NCBI GenBank assembly: GCA_016927835.1
Contig: JAFGMA010000086.1
Location: forward strand, 1,061 to 65,060
Length of the DNA stretch: 64,000 bases
Direction of reading: 5' to 3'
DNA from: Candidatus Zhuqueibacterota bacterium
GTDB lineage: Bacteria > Zhuqueibacterota > Zhuqueibacteria > Thermofontimicrobiales > Sulfurfontimicrobiaceae
A model generated the notes under the pieces. The model saw only the letters and a list, made by a program, of their open reading frames with translations. It made no database searches and was not told the origin of the DNA. Positions 48,423 through 57,594 of this stretch are shown here, one piece after another (position 1 is the first letter of the stretch; each line of letters starts with the position of its first letter). A program made the position numbers and the translations under genes.

Positions 48423-48640
48423 CAGGATAACAGGAAATGCCGGATTTACAGGATGATTATTGACCCTGATGATTTCATGCTATTTTCAGCGTTTGAATCT
48501 TATTTAAATGTGCTGTAGGGTGGTCGAACTTCGAAAAAATGGACTTTATCAACAGAATCATCGATATTCGTACCGAATAAGCGAATCTGTTAAAATCATC
48601 GACGTTTAATCCTGTGAATCCTGATAATCCTGTTATCCTG
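48423..48640. mobile_element. Family-4 MITE-like element with ~33-bp terminal inverted repeats built from CAGGAT(T/A) units
   Basis: The left end is CAGGATAACAGGAAATGCCGGATTTACAGGAT. The right end (rc) is CAGGATAACAGGATTATCAGGATTCACAGGATT. The first 13 nt are identical and identity is ~80 % over 33 nt. The element is 218 bp and non-coding. Confidence 0.55.
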
Positions 48641-49003
48641 CCTAAATTGATTTTCATTTGTCGTTACCCCTCGTGATTGGTCATCTCGGAATCGCATCTT
48701 CCCGTATAATTAAATATTTCCTGAAAAGATTTTTCGAAATTTATTTTGCGTCGGACTCGTTCACAGGTTAAGATTAAAAAATGAAAATGCTGAAAGAATC
48801 CTATGAATACGGAAAACAAGGCTTTACAATCTTTTACGAATTTTCCTTGTAAAATGAATAAAAATTCCTTAAATTGGAAGTTCATCATTTCAAAGAGCAT
48901 AACGTATGTGCCATGTAAGCAGACAGAATATGTGGCTGCATCATCACTGCACCTGATGTTTCAAAATAATCCGCAACAATCAAAAAAATAGGAGGGCATT
49001 CTA

Positions 49004-51403
49004 TTGAACTACAGAAATTTCGCTCTATTCCTGCTGATCATATTTTTAACACCCTTCACCTGCGCACAAACGCCGCTGAAAGCTAAAAAGATCGGTACAT
49101 TTCAACAGCAAGTACGAACAATTTTTTCCCAGGCAGAAGGCTTGCCTGCCAATGAAATCTATTCAATTGCGATTGCGGCAAATGGAGATGTTTACGCCGG
49201 AACGCGATCAGGCTGCGCTATTTTTTCGAAAAATCAATGGAAGCCGATCGAAGCGCTGAAGGGCAAACCGATTTGGATGTTAGCGACAAATAGCGATGCT
49301 CTCGCAGTCTATGCGCCCAATGCAGATGGCGAAAGCGCAACCGGCGGCACTATATATATTTTCAAATCAAATAAAATGGCAGCCCGGCTGAATATCCCGT
49401 CGCATCTGGTGATCCAGCCGCACCCCAACGGACTAGCCCTGGCAGATAAAATTTTACTGGCTGCTTCAGGGGATTTGTTTGAACTGGACATTCCCAAAAC
49501 AGGCGACGAAATCGATGCGAAGCCGCGCTCACTCAATTTGCCCCAAACCGATGTCAGGCAGGTCGCCATCAGTCCAAAAGGTGAATTGGTTGTTGCTGCC
49601 GAGTCCGGATTGTTGAGGTATAACCGGGCTCAAAATACCTGGGAAGCGCTTTATCCGCGTCAGGGCAGCCGCAGTTGGGCGCTTGTGGATGTGCGCGGCG
49701 TGGTTTATGATCCCAAAGGGCAACTCTGGTTTGCCAGTCCTCAGGGCGTTGGCAGGTTGTCCGAAACCTGGTCATTAAGCGACGGTCAGGATGGCTTGCC
49801 ATACAATAATTTCACGGTGGTTGACGGCGGCGAGCCCGGTGTGGTCTGGTTCGGAACGCATCTCGGCGCCATACGTTTTGATGGATCGACTTGGGAATAC
49901 AGGCAGGGGATGCGCTGGCTGCCCGATGATGATGTGCGGGACATGGCAGTTTCATCTGACGGAAATGCCTGGTTCGCCACAAAAAATGGCGTCGGTTTGA
50001 TCGCGTCCAAGCAGATGACCCTGGCGCAAAAAGCCAAATGGTTCGAAGATGAGATCGATAAATATCATCGGCGCACACCTTATGAATATGTCCTTGGGGT
50101 GAATTTGAAGCAGCGCGGGGATAAAAGTGAGTGGACGCAGCACGACAGTGATAACGATGGATTATGGACTGCGATGTATGGCGCCGGGGAATGCTTCGCG
50201 TATGGTGCGACCAAAGATCCGCTGGCAAAAAAACGCGCGAAAAAGGCGTTTGAAGCGCTGCGGTTCCTGGGTGAAGTGACCCAGGGAGGCTCTCATGCAC
50301 CTCCGCCCGGATTCGTGGCGAGAACAATTTTGCCCACAAGTGGTCGTGATCCCAATGTCGGACGTGTCGAAGGTGATCGACATCGGCAGCAGCACGAGGA
50401 TAAATTATGGAAGGTGTATGAGCCACGCTGGCCTTTCAGCGCCGATGGCAAATGGTACTGGAAAACCGATACCAGTTCCGATGAATTGGACGGGCATTAT
50501 TTCCTGTATGCGCTATATTACGATCTCGTGGCGGAAACAGCCGAAGAGAAAGCCCGTGTCAGGGCGCATGTCAAGGCACTCACCGATCACCTCATCGAAC
50601 ACGATTTTCAACTGGTGGATCACGATGGCAAGCCCACCCGATGGGCGCGATACAGCCCCAAAGAATTGAATTTCGATCGCAACTGGTGGGTTGAGCGTGG
50701 ATTGAATTCATTGAGCATGCTCTCCTATCTGGCAGTCACCGAACATATTACCGGTGATTCCAAATATCGCGCTGTTGCTGATACGCTTGTTGAAAAGCAT
50801 GGCTACATGCAAAATATGATGAATATGAAAACGCAGCGCGGTATCGGTACCGGGAATCAATCTGATGATGAAATGGCGTTCATGTGCTATTATAATTTAT
50901 TGAAATACGAAACTGATCCTGAGCGTCGTTCCAATTATGCTTTGTCGTTCTGGTTAAGCTGGCGCACCGAACAGCCGGAAATGAATCCGTTTTTCAACTT
51001 TGCCTTTGCTGCAACCTGCGCAGATTTGCATTTCACCGATGCCTGGGGCACGATGTCAACCGCTCCCACTGGCGACTGGCTCGAAGATGCTGTCGAAACT
51101 CTGCGCCGATTTCCGCTTGACCGGATCGATTGGCGGCACAGGAATAGTCATCGCATCGATATCGTAAAATTGCCGCTGGCATCGCGCTTTCACGATGAAA
51201 CGGAAGAAGACATTGTCCGGAGAGGCTATCGCGTCAATGGCAAAGTGATCCCGGTGGATGAGCAGTATTTCGACCACTGGTCATATAATCCCTGGGATCT
51301 TGATACAGGCGGAAACGGACACGGCTTGGCAGATGGCGCAGTTTTTCTGATGCCCTATTATATGGGGCTTTATCACGGCTTCATCGTCGAATCCGATTCT
51401 TAA
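49004..51403 (+). CDS. secreted protein: N-terminal two-component-regulator-propeller-like repeats + C-terminal (alpha/alpha)-barrel-like domain; function unknown
   Basis: The TTG start has AGGAGG 8 nt upstream. It has a signal peptide. Reg_prop-like repeats (GLPANEIYSIAIAANGDVYAGT, GLPYNNFTVVDGG..VWFGTHLGAIRF, DVRDMAVSSDGNAWFATKNGV) are present. I recognise no catalytic motif. Confidence 0.72.
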   Translation: MNYRNFALFLLIIFLTPFTCAQTPLKAKKIGTFQQQVRTIFSQAEGLPANEIYSIAIAANGDVYAGTRSGCAIFSKNQWKPIEALKGKPIWMLATNSDALAVYAPNADGESATGGTIYIFKSNKMAARLNIPSHLVIQPHPNGLALADKILLAASGDLFELDIPKTGDEIDAKPRSLNLPQTDVRQVAISPKGELVVAAESGLLRYNRAQNTWEALYPRQGSRSWALVDVRGVVYDPKGQLWFASPQGVGRLSETWSLSDGQDGLPYNNFTVVDGGEPGVVWFGTHLGAIRFDGSTWEYRQGMRWLPDDDVRDMAVSSDGNAWFATKNGVGLIASKQMTLAQKAKWFEDEIDKYHRRTPYEYVLGVNLKQRGDKSEWTQHDSDNDGLWTAMYGAGECFAYGATKDPLAKKRAKKAFEALRFLGEVTQGGSHAPPPGFVARTILPTSGRDPNVGRVEGDRHRQQHEDKLWKVYEPRWPFSADGKWYWKTDTSSDELDGHYFLYALYYDLVAETAEEKARVRAHVKALTDHLIEHDFQLVDHDGKPTRWARYSPKELNFDRNWWVERGLNSLSMLSYLAVTEHITGDSKYRAVADTLVEKHGYMQNMMNMKTQRGIGTGNQSDDEMAFMCYYNLLKYETDPERRSNYALSFWLSWRTEQPEMNPFFNFAFAATCADLHFTDAWGTMSTAPTGDWLEDAVETLRRFPLDRIDWRHRNSHRIDIVKLPLASRFHDETEEDIVRRGYRVNGKVIPVDEQYFDHWSYNPWDLDTGGNGHGLADGAVFLMPYYMGLYHGFIVESDS

Positions 51404-51459
51404 CACAATCAATTCATCTAAATTTGAATCTGGCGCATTTTGATCTGACGAGGAACTGA

Positions 51460-52626
51460 TTGAAAAATATACAACAGCAGGATGGCGTGCATGCGCCTGT
51501 TGCCCGCAACAGGATGTGCGAATCGGCGCGTAAACTTAGGGATACCTATGCGCGAAAACCGGGCGCACCTTTTTTTCGCAAAACATTCGGATTATGGATG
51601 TGCATCGACCACTGGTATGAGAACGGGCTCGCGCGAGATACTGATCTGGATCAATTTTTTATGTTCGATCCGCCGGGACATTTTGCGCTGGGGCAACTGG
51701 GTTGGTGTTCGTCAGCGCTTTGTCCTGCATTCGAAGAAAAAATCATCGAATCGTGTGGAAATCAGGAAATCGTACAGGATCCCGCCGGTCGGCATGTCTT
51801 ATATTTCACAGGTCGCCGGCAGGGATTCATGCCCGAATATTTGAAACATCCGGTTATCGATTTTCATTCCTGGCAGGAAAAGGTCAAATGGCGCCTGAAT
51901 CCGGATTCAAGTGAAAGAACCGCCGACCTTTCAGAGCGAATGGGTCGCGCGCGCGAAGCTGCCGCCCGGGGTTTGATGATTCAGCAAAATCTCATCGGGG
52001 GATATATGTATCTTCGGAGCCTGATCGGTCCCGAAGATTTGCTCTTTTTCTTCTACGATCAACCGGAGCTGATTCATGAGTGCATGCGAACCTGGTTCGA
52101 ACTGGCAGATGCTGTGATCGCATGCCATCAACGATATGTTACATTGGATGAAGTGTATTTCGCAGAAGATATATGCTACAATCATGGTTCACTTATCTCG
52201 CCGGAAATGATGCGAACATTCCTGTTGCCATATTACCAGCAGCTTGTTGAAAATATCAAGCAGCGCCAAATTGACAAAACACGCCACCTGTACATCCAGA
52301 TCGATACCGATGGGTATGCCGTGCCGGTGATTGAGGTTTACCAGGGCGGTATCGGCATGGATGTGATGAGTCCGTTCGAAGTAGCCTCAGGGTGCGATGT
52401 TGTGCAAATCGGACGGCAGTATCCGGAACTGGTCATGAGCGGCGGAATTGACAAGCGCATTCTGGCGCGTGGCAAAGAGGCGATTGATGCGCACCTGGAA
52501 TACATCCTGCCAATCATGCGAGAGCGCGGCGGCTATATTCCTACCTGCGATCATGGGGTGCCCGAAGAAGTAAGCTGGGAGAATTATCTCCATTATAGAA
52601 AACGATGTGTCGAACTGGGTGGATGA
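51460..52626 (+). CDS. uroporphyrinogen-decarboxylase-fold (URO-D/MtaA-like) family protein
   Basis: 388 aa. GAGGAA precedes the TTG start. The overall pattern and C-terminal GGYIPTCDHGVPEEVSWENY resemble URO-D-like proteins of carbohydrate loci (from memory, moderate certainty). Confidence 0.62.
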   Translation: MKNIQQQDGVHAPVARNRMCESARKLRDTYARKPGAPFFRKTFGLWMCIDHWYENGLARDTDLDQFFMFDPPGHFALGQLGWCSSALCPAFEEKIIESCGNQEIVQDPAGRHVLYFTGRRQGFMPEYLKHPVIDFHSWQEKVKWRLNPDSSERTADLSERMGRAREAAARGLMIQQNLIGGYMYLRSLIGPEDLLFFFYDQPELIHECMRTWFELADAVIACHQRYVTLDEVYFAEDICYNHGSLISPEMMRTFLLPYYQQLVENIKQRQIDKTRHLYIQIDTDGYAVPVIEVYQGGIGMDVMSPFEVASGCDVVQIGRQYPELVMSGGIDKRILARGKEAIDAHLEYILPIMRERGGYIPTCDHGVPEEVSWENYLHYRKRCVELGG

Positions 52627-52647
52627 AATGCAAAGCCGGGAGAAAGA

Positions 52648-53676
52648 ATGACAACCAGAGAGCGCTTGAGCGTCACATTGGATGGCGGAACACCTGATAT
52701 TACCACGCTTTCGTTTTACAGTTGGATGGCGAAGGATTTTTTGGCGCCCGAGTGGCGTGAGCTTTACGAAATGGGCTTAGGCATTTGCCACCATTGCCAT
52801 ACTCTGCGGCACATCGAGCACGGTGTTGAAAACTCGGTGCATGAGAAAAAGCAAGGCAATGATGTGCTGCAAACCTTCATAAAAGCGACACCGGTGGGCA
52901 ACTTGCATTACGTCAAGCGCAACGGCTGGACCATCGAACACTGGATTAAAACGCCCGAAGATTATAAAATAATGAGTTGGATTGTTGAGAACACCGAAAT
53001 CGCGCCCTGCTATGAAGAATATGATATTCAGGATAAAAAAGTCGGTGACAATGGGGTGCCCGTTATTCTGGGTTCACGCACTCCCGCGATGAGCATTAAT
53101 GTCGATTGGGCGGGGACGGAACAATTCTGCATGGATCTGGCACTTGAGCTGCCTGAATTATTGGAACTGTATGAAATCCGGAAGGATTTCTTTCGCAGGG
53201 AGAATGCGTTGATTGCCGCGGGACCGGGAAAATATGTGAAATGGCTAGAAAATTTAACCATTGACATGTTGGGACCAAAACGCTATCAGCAATTGCTGTT
53301 GTCGGTTTATGATGAGTGTGTGCCTGTACTCGAAGCTTCGGGAAAGCGGGTTATGGTCCATTACGATGGTGAGCTCAAGCAAATCGCAGATTTGATCGCC
53401 AGGGCGCCCTTCCATATCATCGATTCATTGACCGAGCCACCTGAAGGCAACTTGATGTTCGATGAATGTCGACGGCTTTGGCAGGATAAAGTATTCTGGG
53501 CAAATATCAACGTTGCGCTGTATTATGGCGCTGAGGAGGAGTTAAGGCAGGCACTTATCGATAAACGCGACCGGGCGGGAAAACGTGCGTTCGCGTTTGA
53601 AATCTCCGAAAAGCTGCCCGCGCACTGGCAACGAGTCATCCCCGTCATCCTCGACACGCTGAATACGTTGAGCTAA
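52648..53676 (+). CDS. second URO-D-fold-like protein (divergent paralog)
   Basis: 342 aa with a GGGAGAAAGA RBS. The N-terminal MTTRERLSVTLDGGTPD is typical of this family's start. Similarity to the upstream gene is weak by eye. Confidence 0.55.
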   Translation: MTTRERLSVTLDGGTPDITTLSFYSWMAKDFLAPEWRELYEMGLGICHHCHTLRHIEHGVENSVHEKKQGNDVLQTFIKATPVGNLHYVKRNGWTIEHWIKTPEDYKIMSWIVENTEIAPCYEEYDIQDKKVGDNGVPVILGSRTPAMSINVDWAGTEQFCMDLALELPELLELYEIRKDFFRRENALIAAGPGKYVKWLENLTIDMLGPKRYQQLLLSVYDECVPVLEASGKRVMVHYDGELKQIADLIARAPFHIIDSLTEPPEGNLMFDECRRLWQDKVFWANINVALYYGAEEELRQALIDKRDRAGKRAFAFEISEKLPAHWQRVIPVILDTLNTLS

Positions 53677-53713
53677 ATCCGGATATTTATTTAATAGCTT
53701 GCACCTCAATGCG

Positions 53714-53730
53714 AAAGCAAGCTTTCGCAC
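53714..53730. repeat. REP-like hairpin motif flanking the RayT-like gene (stop side)
   Basis: AAAGCAAGCTTTCGCAC lies within CCTCAATGCGAAAGCAAGCTTTCGCACCCCTGTTGAGG (inner stem GCGAAAG/CTTTCGC, outer CCTCAA/TTGAGG). The identical 17-mer is at 54447. Confidence 0.5.
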
Positions 53731-53782
53731 CCCTGTTGAGGACATACAAAACTTCTTGAAATGACGCTTGGCTGCACAAAAC

Positions 53783-54328
53783 TTAAAAATCATCATTTTT
53801 CGCTTCATGTAAAACCAATGACTTGTATTCAGGATACATCGTAAATTGCCTGCCCAACTCGTCCCTGCCAATTTCATCGATAAGTCTGTGAAAAGAGGAA
53901 AACGGGCAATCATTCAAATCAGTAACCTGCCCATGTTTAACCGGATTATAAAGTAAATAATTAATTCTTATGCAATAGTCTTTATCCGTTCGCGGGCAAT
54001 AGTCCCAATAATTCCACCAAACAGGCTTTTGACATGATGTTGCCTGATGTATGACTTTTGCGGAAAGGCTATGAATTCTTTTAAAGATTTTCGATAAATC
54101 ACTGCCGTTGGCGCTTTTGCCGATCAGATGACAATGGTTATCCAGTATTACCCAGTGTATTAACTCCCAATGGAAAGCAGCAAATGATTCAAGTATTAAT
54201 TTGAGAAGCTCGTTCTTAAGTGTGGCATCTTTGAGTAGCGGTCATTTGCGGTAGATTGCAGCGGTGATAAAATACAGCGATTCATCCAGCATCAGGTGCG
54301 CAGGTGTGTGCGAACTATGTTTGAGCAT
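53783..54328 (-). pseudogene. RayT-like REP-associated tyrosine (HUH/Y1) transposase with one in-frame TGA (54242-54244); absent from ORF track
   Basis: GGAGGAAGGAAA-ATG opens MLKHSSHTPAHLMLDESLYFITAAIYRK-TGA. The same frame then runs 152 codons containing the HUH motif (DNHCHL) and WWNYWDY..DYCIRINYLLYNPVKHGQVTDLNDCPFSSFH. This is very close to E. coli RayT ..DYIYINPVKHGWV..DWPFSTFH. Confidence 0.72.
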
Positions 54329-54446
54329 TTTCCTTCCTCCGATTCAATGATGTGCGAAAATGGAGTTTGAAGCGCTGTTTTTGAGGAGTGCCAAAGTTTA
54401 CTTTGGCGGTTTTGGATTATTATTAAAGTGTTTTCGTCATGAGGCA

Positions 54447-54463
54447 AAAGCAAGCTTTCGCAC
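54447..54463. repeat. REP-like hairpin motif flanking the RayT-like gene (start side)
   Basis: AAAGCAAGCTTTCGCAC is identical to 53714-53730 and in the same orientation. Confidence 0.5.
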
Positions 54464-54503
54464 TTCGGATTTGGGCAAATTTTTACGTTCCGGGATCGTG
54501 TAT

Positions 54504-56489
54504 CTACGGCTTGTCGATTTTGATTCGATTCTCGAAATCCGAGGTGTTCTGTGGCAAGTATGAATGGTTGCCGACGATGAATAGCTCATGCAGCGATAAT
54601 AGTGATAAAATACTCACGAAAGCCATATTTTCTCTCTCACCTTGCAGTTTGCCCTCCAGATGTTCCCATTTTTTCAGGAGCTTTGATACTGCATCTTTTT
54701 GAAGGCAGGAGGCGCGAATTATCGAATCCGAATTGAATAAATCTTTGACATAATTGGATCCGGATTGGCTGAAAAAGCAGGCAGCAATCGGAGCGCGATA
54801 GGGTTGCTTGGGACGGGTAAATATTTGTTCCGGTAATAAGTCACCCATGGCTTTTTTGAGCAGGTATTTTTCATTTAAAACGTGCAGCTTAAGCTTTGGC
54901 GGAACACCGGTTGCAAATTCAATGAGGCGGTGATCGAGGAATGGGAATCGACCCTCCACCGAGTTCGCCATCGCCATCCGATCACCCTGCGACGAGAGCA
55001 GGTAGCCCGACATGAACAGGTCGACTTCGATATATTGCGCCTTTGACATTGCATGCCACTGATTGAAACCGGCGGGGAGCGTTTGTTTGTATTCCTCAAC
55101 CGGGTCATAGTCAGCGTACTGCTCAGCTACATCATCCGCTAAAAATGCCCGAAGCATCGCCGTATTGTGCCACCGAATTAAATGCGAATAGACCGGATTC
55201 CCGGTATCAGTCAAATCTTTTGCGAAGAACCGTTCCATGAAACGCCGGTTCCGGGCTGAAGCGGTTCGCAGGTAGGGATACAACTTTTGCAATAACAATG
55301 GTCTCAGCTCGCTCTGCGGAAATTTTGCCCAGAAATGCCGTACTTTGGTTTCTTTAAAAATATTATATCCGCCGAGAAATTCATCGGCACCTTCTCCTGT
55401 GAGCACGACTTTAAACCGGTTTTCGCGCACCAATTTCGAAAGCATCATCAGCGGGACCGGCGCAGTTCGAAGTATCGGTGTTTCAATGTGCCATAATGCG
55501 CGCCTGAAGTTCTCATAAATTTCCCGATTCAAAACGCGATGGTTGCTATGATTCGTTTGCAGATGCTCGATCATGAGCTTTTGAAAATCGCTTTCATCAA
55601 ACGTGCGCTCCTCGAAACTGATGGAAAATGTCCGCAGATCATTTGATGTGTAATGCCTGATAATCGCTGTCACGACCGAAGAGTCCAGCCCGCCGCTTAA
55701 GTATGCGCCCACCGGCACATCCGCGCGTAAGCGGATCAGCGAAGCGTCAATCAGCAGATGCCGGAATTCTTCCGCCCATCGCTCTACGGATTTATCTGCA
55801 TAATCGCCGGCTGCCGGAAATTGCAATTGCCAATATTTTTGTATCCGAACTTTTCCGCCCTTCCAGATTAAAAAATGCCCCGGGGGCAGTTGACAGATGT
55901 TTTTGAAAATTGTACGCTGCGGCAATGTTGTCCACAGGGTGAAGATTTGGATCAATGATTTGAAGTCGAATTCTGCCGGAATGGTTTGATTGCACAGCAG
56001 GGCTTTTATTTCGGAAGCGAAAAAGAGCGATCCCTGCGACAGAGTATAAAATAGCGGTCGTATTCCGACCCGATCGCGTGCGATAAAACACTCTTCCTTT
56101 TTCGAATCCCAAATCGCGAAAGCAAATTGCCCGTTCAGTTTTTCGAGCAGCTTTACGCCGAATTCTTCATACCCGTGGAGCAATACTTCGGTATCAGAGG
56201 TGGTTTTGAAATGATGCCCCTTTTTCAGAAGCTTTTCTCGCAACTCCGGATAATTGAATATTTCCCCATTAAACACAATCCATAGTGATCGATCTTCATT
56301 GGTCATGGGCTGCGATCCGGTTGCCAGGTCGATGATACTCAACCGGGCATGCCCCAGACAGGCACGTGTATCCCGGTAAATACCGAATTCATCGGGACCA
56401 CGATGCCGCAACACACGAATCATATTTCTTACCTGGTTCATTGCCTCCGTTTCGCTGAATGAACCTACAATACCGGCAATTCCGCACAT
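54504..56489 (-). CDS. asnB: asparagine synthase (glutamine-hydrolysing) family amidotransferase
   Basis: 661 aa. It has the N-terminal MCGIAG Ntn-glutaminase start and the PP-loop SGGLDSS. It may be a tailoring amidotransferase rather than a housekeeping AsnB. Confidence 0.9.
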   Translation of the reverse strand: MCGIAGIVGSFSETEAMNQVRNMIRVLRHRGPDEFGIYRDTRACLGHARLSIIDLATGSQPMTNEDRSLWIVFNGEIFNYPELREKLLKKGHHFKTTSDTEVLLHGYEEFGVKLLEKLNGQFAFAIWDSKKEECFIARDRVGIRPLFYTLSQGSLFFASEIKALLCNQTIPAEFDFKSLIQIFTLWTTLPQRTIFKNICQLPPGHFLIWKGGKVRIQKYWQLQFPAAGDYADKSVERWAEEFRHLLIDASLIRLRADVPVGAYLSGGLDSSVVTAIIRHYTSNDLRTFSISFEERTFDESDFQKLMIEHLQTNHSNHRVLNREIYENFRRALWHIETPILRTAPVPLMMLSKLVRENRFKVVLTGEGADEFLGGYNIFKETKVRHFWAKFPQSELRPLLLQKLYPYLRTASARNRRFMERFFAKDLTDTGNPVYSHLIRWHNTAMLRAFLADDVAEQYADYDPVEEYKQTLPAGFNQWHAMSKAQYIEVDLFMSGYLLSSQGDRMAMANSVEGRFPFLDHRLIEFATGVPPKLKLHVLNEKYLLKKAMGDLLPEQIFTRPKQPYRAPIAACFFSQSGSNYVKDLFNSDSIIRASCLQKDAVSKLLKKWEHLEGKLQGERENMAFVSILSLLSLHELFIVGNHSYLPQNTSDFENRIKIDKP

Positions 56490-56708
56490 AGTCTCTTCCC
56501 TGTTTAATCAATACTGCTTAATTTCCTGTTGCATAAATTTTCTTCACCGACTCTCATTCATAAAATTATGCAAATTGGTAGACAAATATCATTCCAGCTA
56601 CCACTTGTAACGTTTGACAAAATGCAATAATACCCACAATGATCATCGCCCGCAAAAATTTTAGGAAAATATCTTGACAATTACAGTAAATATTTTAAAT
56701 TTGTTTAG

Positions 56709-56806
56709 CAGGTGGGATAAAATAAATTACCCATTAAAATTTCTTAAGCTGCTATTTATCAATATTATTATTAAGCAAAATGTCCAGGTTATTTAATCCC
56801 ACCTCC
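56709..56806 (+). mobile_element. Family-2 MITE-like element, intact copy
   Basis: CAGGTGGGATAAAATAAATTACCCATTAAAATTTCTTAAGCTGCTATTTATCAATATTATTATTAAGCAAAATGTCCAGGTTATTTAATCCCACCTCC lies between asnB and the small membrane-protein gene. Confidence 0.7.
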
Positions 56807-56955
56807 TTAACATGCTGTAAAGAGTTCAGAAACCGGGAAGTGGGTATCAGCAAAAGTAGTTGCTCTTTAATTTGTACCGAAGGTGATGGTGCAAAGGTTC
56901 CAATTAATTGCTTGTTGTACAAAGTAAACCAAAAACATGCAGGGAGGAAAGACTT

Positions 56956-57306
56956 ATGGCAAGCACACATCGAATTATCATCGCAACCGTCATCGGATTA
57001 ATCTGCGGATTGATCTGCTGGCAAATCGCCAATAGCATGGGAGAGCCTAAGGGATGCGCGGAAGCGGTAACTATCATTTTATCGCGCACTTTATTGGGAT
57101 TCGGAATTGGCATCAGTGCCTGGCGTATGGCGTGGTGGCTGCATGGCATCGTTCTCGGATTCATCTTCAGCATCCCGATGGCGGTTTCAGTGCTAGCAGA
57201 ACCCAAAATGCTGTATATTTTCATCGGCACACTCGTATTCGGTGCAATTTACGGGTTAATCGTCGAATTGATCACGTCTGTCATTTTTAAGGCGAAGCAA
57301 GCGTAA
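56956..57306 (+). CDS. small 4-TM membrane protein, unknown function
   Basis: An AGGGAGGAAAG RBS precedes the ATG at 56956. The 116-aa protein has four hydrophobic segments. The track start at 56908 has no RBS. Confidence 0.6.
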   Translation: MASTHRIIIATVIGLICGLICWQIANSMGEPKGCAEAVTIILSRTLLGFGIGISAWRMAWWLHGIVLGFIFSIPMAVSVLAEPKMLYIFIGTLVFGAIYGLIVELITSVIFKAKQA

Positions 57307-57332
57307 GCGTTTTGACCAGAGCCCGAAAGAAA

Positions 57333-57410
57333 ATGTCATTCCGGCGCATCGCATACAAAAATCACCATTAGCCGGCTGAAAATTCTGTACTACAGCCGCC
57401 GGAATGACAT
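57333..57410. repeat. long-stem palindromic element (14-bp perfect arms)
   Basis: ATGTCATTCCGGCG (57333-57346) pairs with CGCCGGAATGACAT (57397-57410). A second small hairpin (GGCTG..CAGCC) sits in the 50-nt interior. It lies 27 nt after the membrane-protein stop. Confidence 0.5.
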
Positions 57411-57594
57411 GCTTCTGGTTCGTTTCATTGGGAAAGGTTCCTTTAAAAATTAACCTACTGGCAAAGTTGCCAAAATTCTACTTGACTGCCACGTATTTTT
57501 TTTTTACCTTTTGAACGCGATTGAAAAGCAGAGCTTTATCGCATTAACCAAGCCCTGAGCCAATAAATTTAATGAGTTATTGAAAGGTTTATCC

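Noticed and set aside
48475-48657. A 60-aa minus-strand ORF reads MKINLGRITGLSGFTGLN...
   Set aside because: It is a translation of the CAGGAT-unit inverted-repeat arm of the Family-4 element. It has a low-complexity periodic sequence and no RBS.
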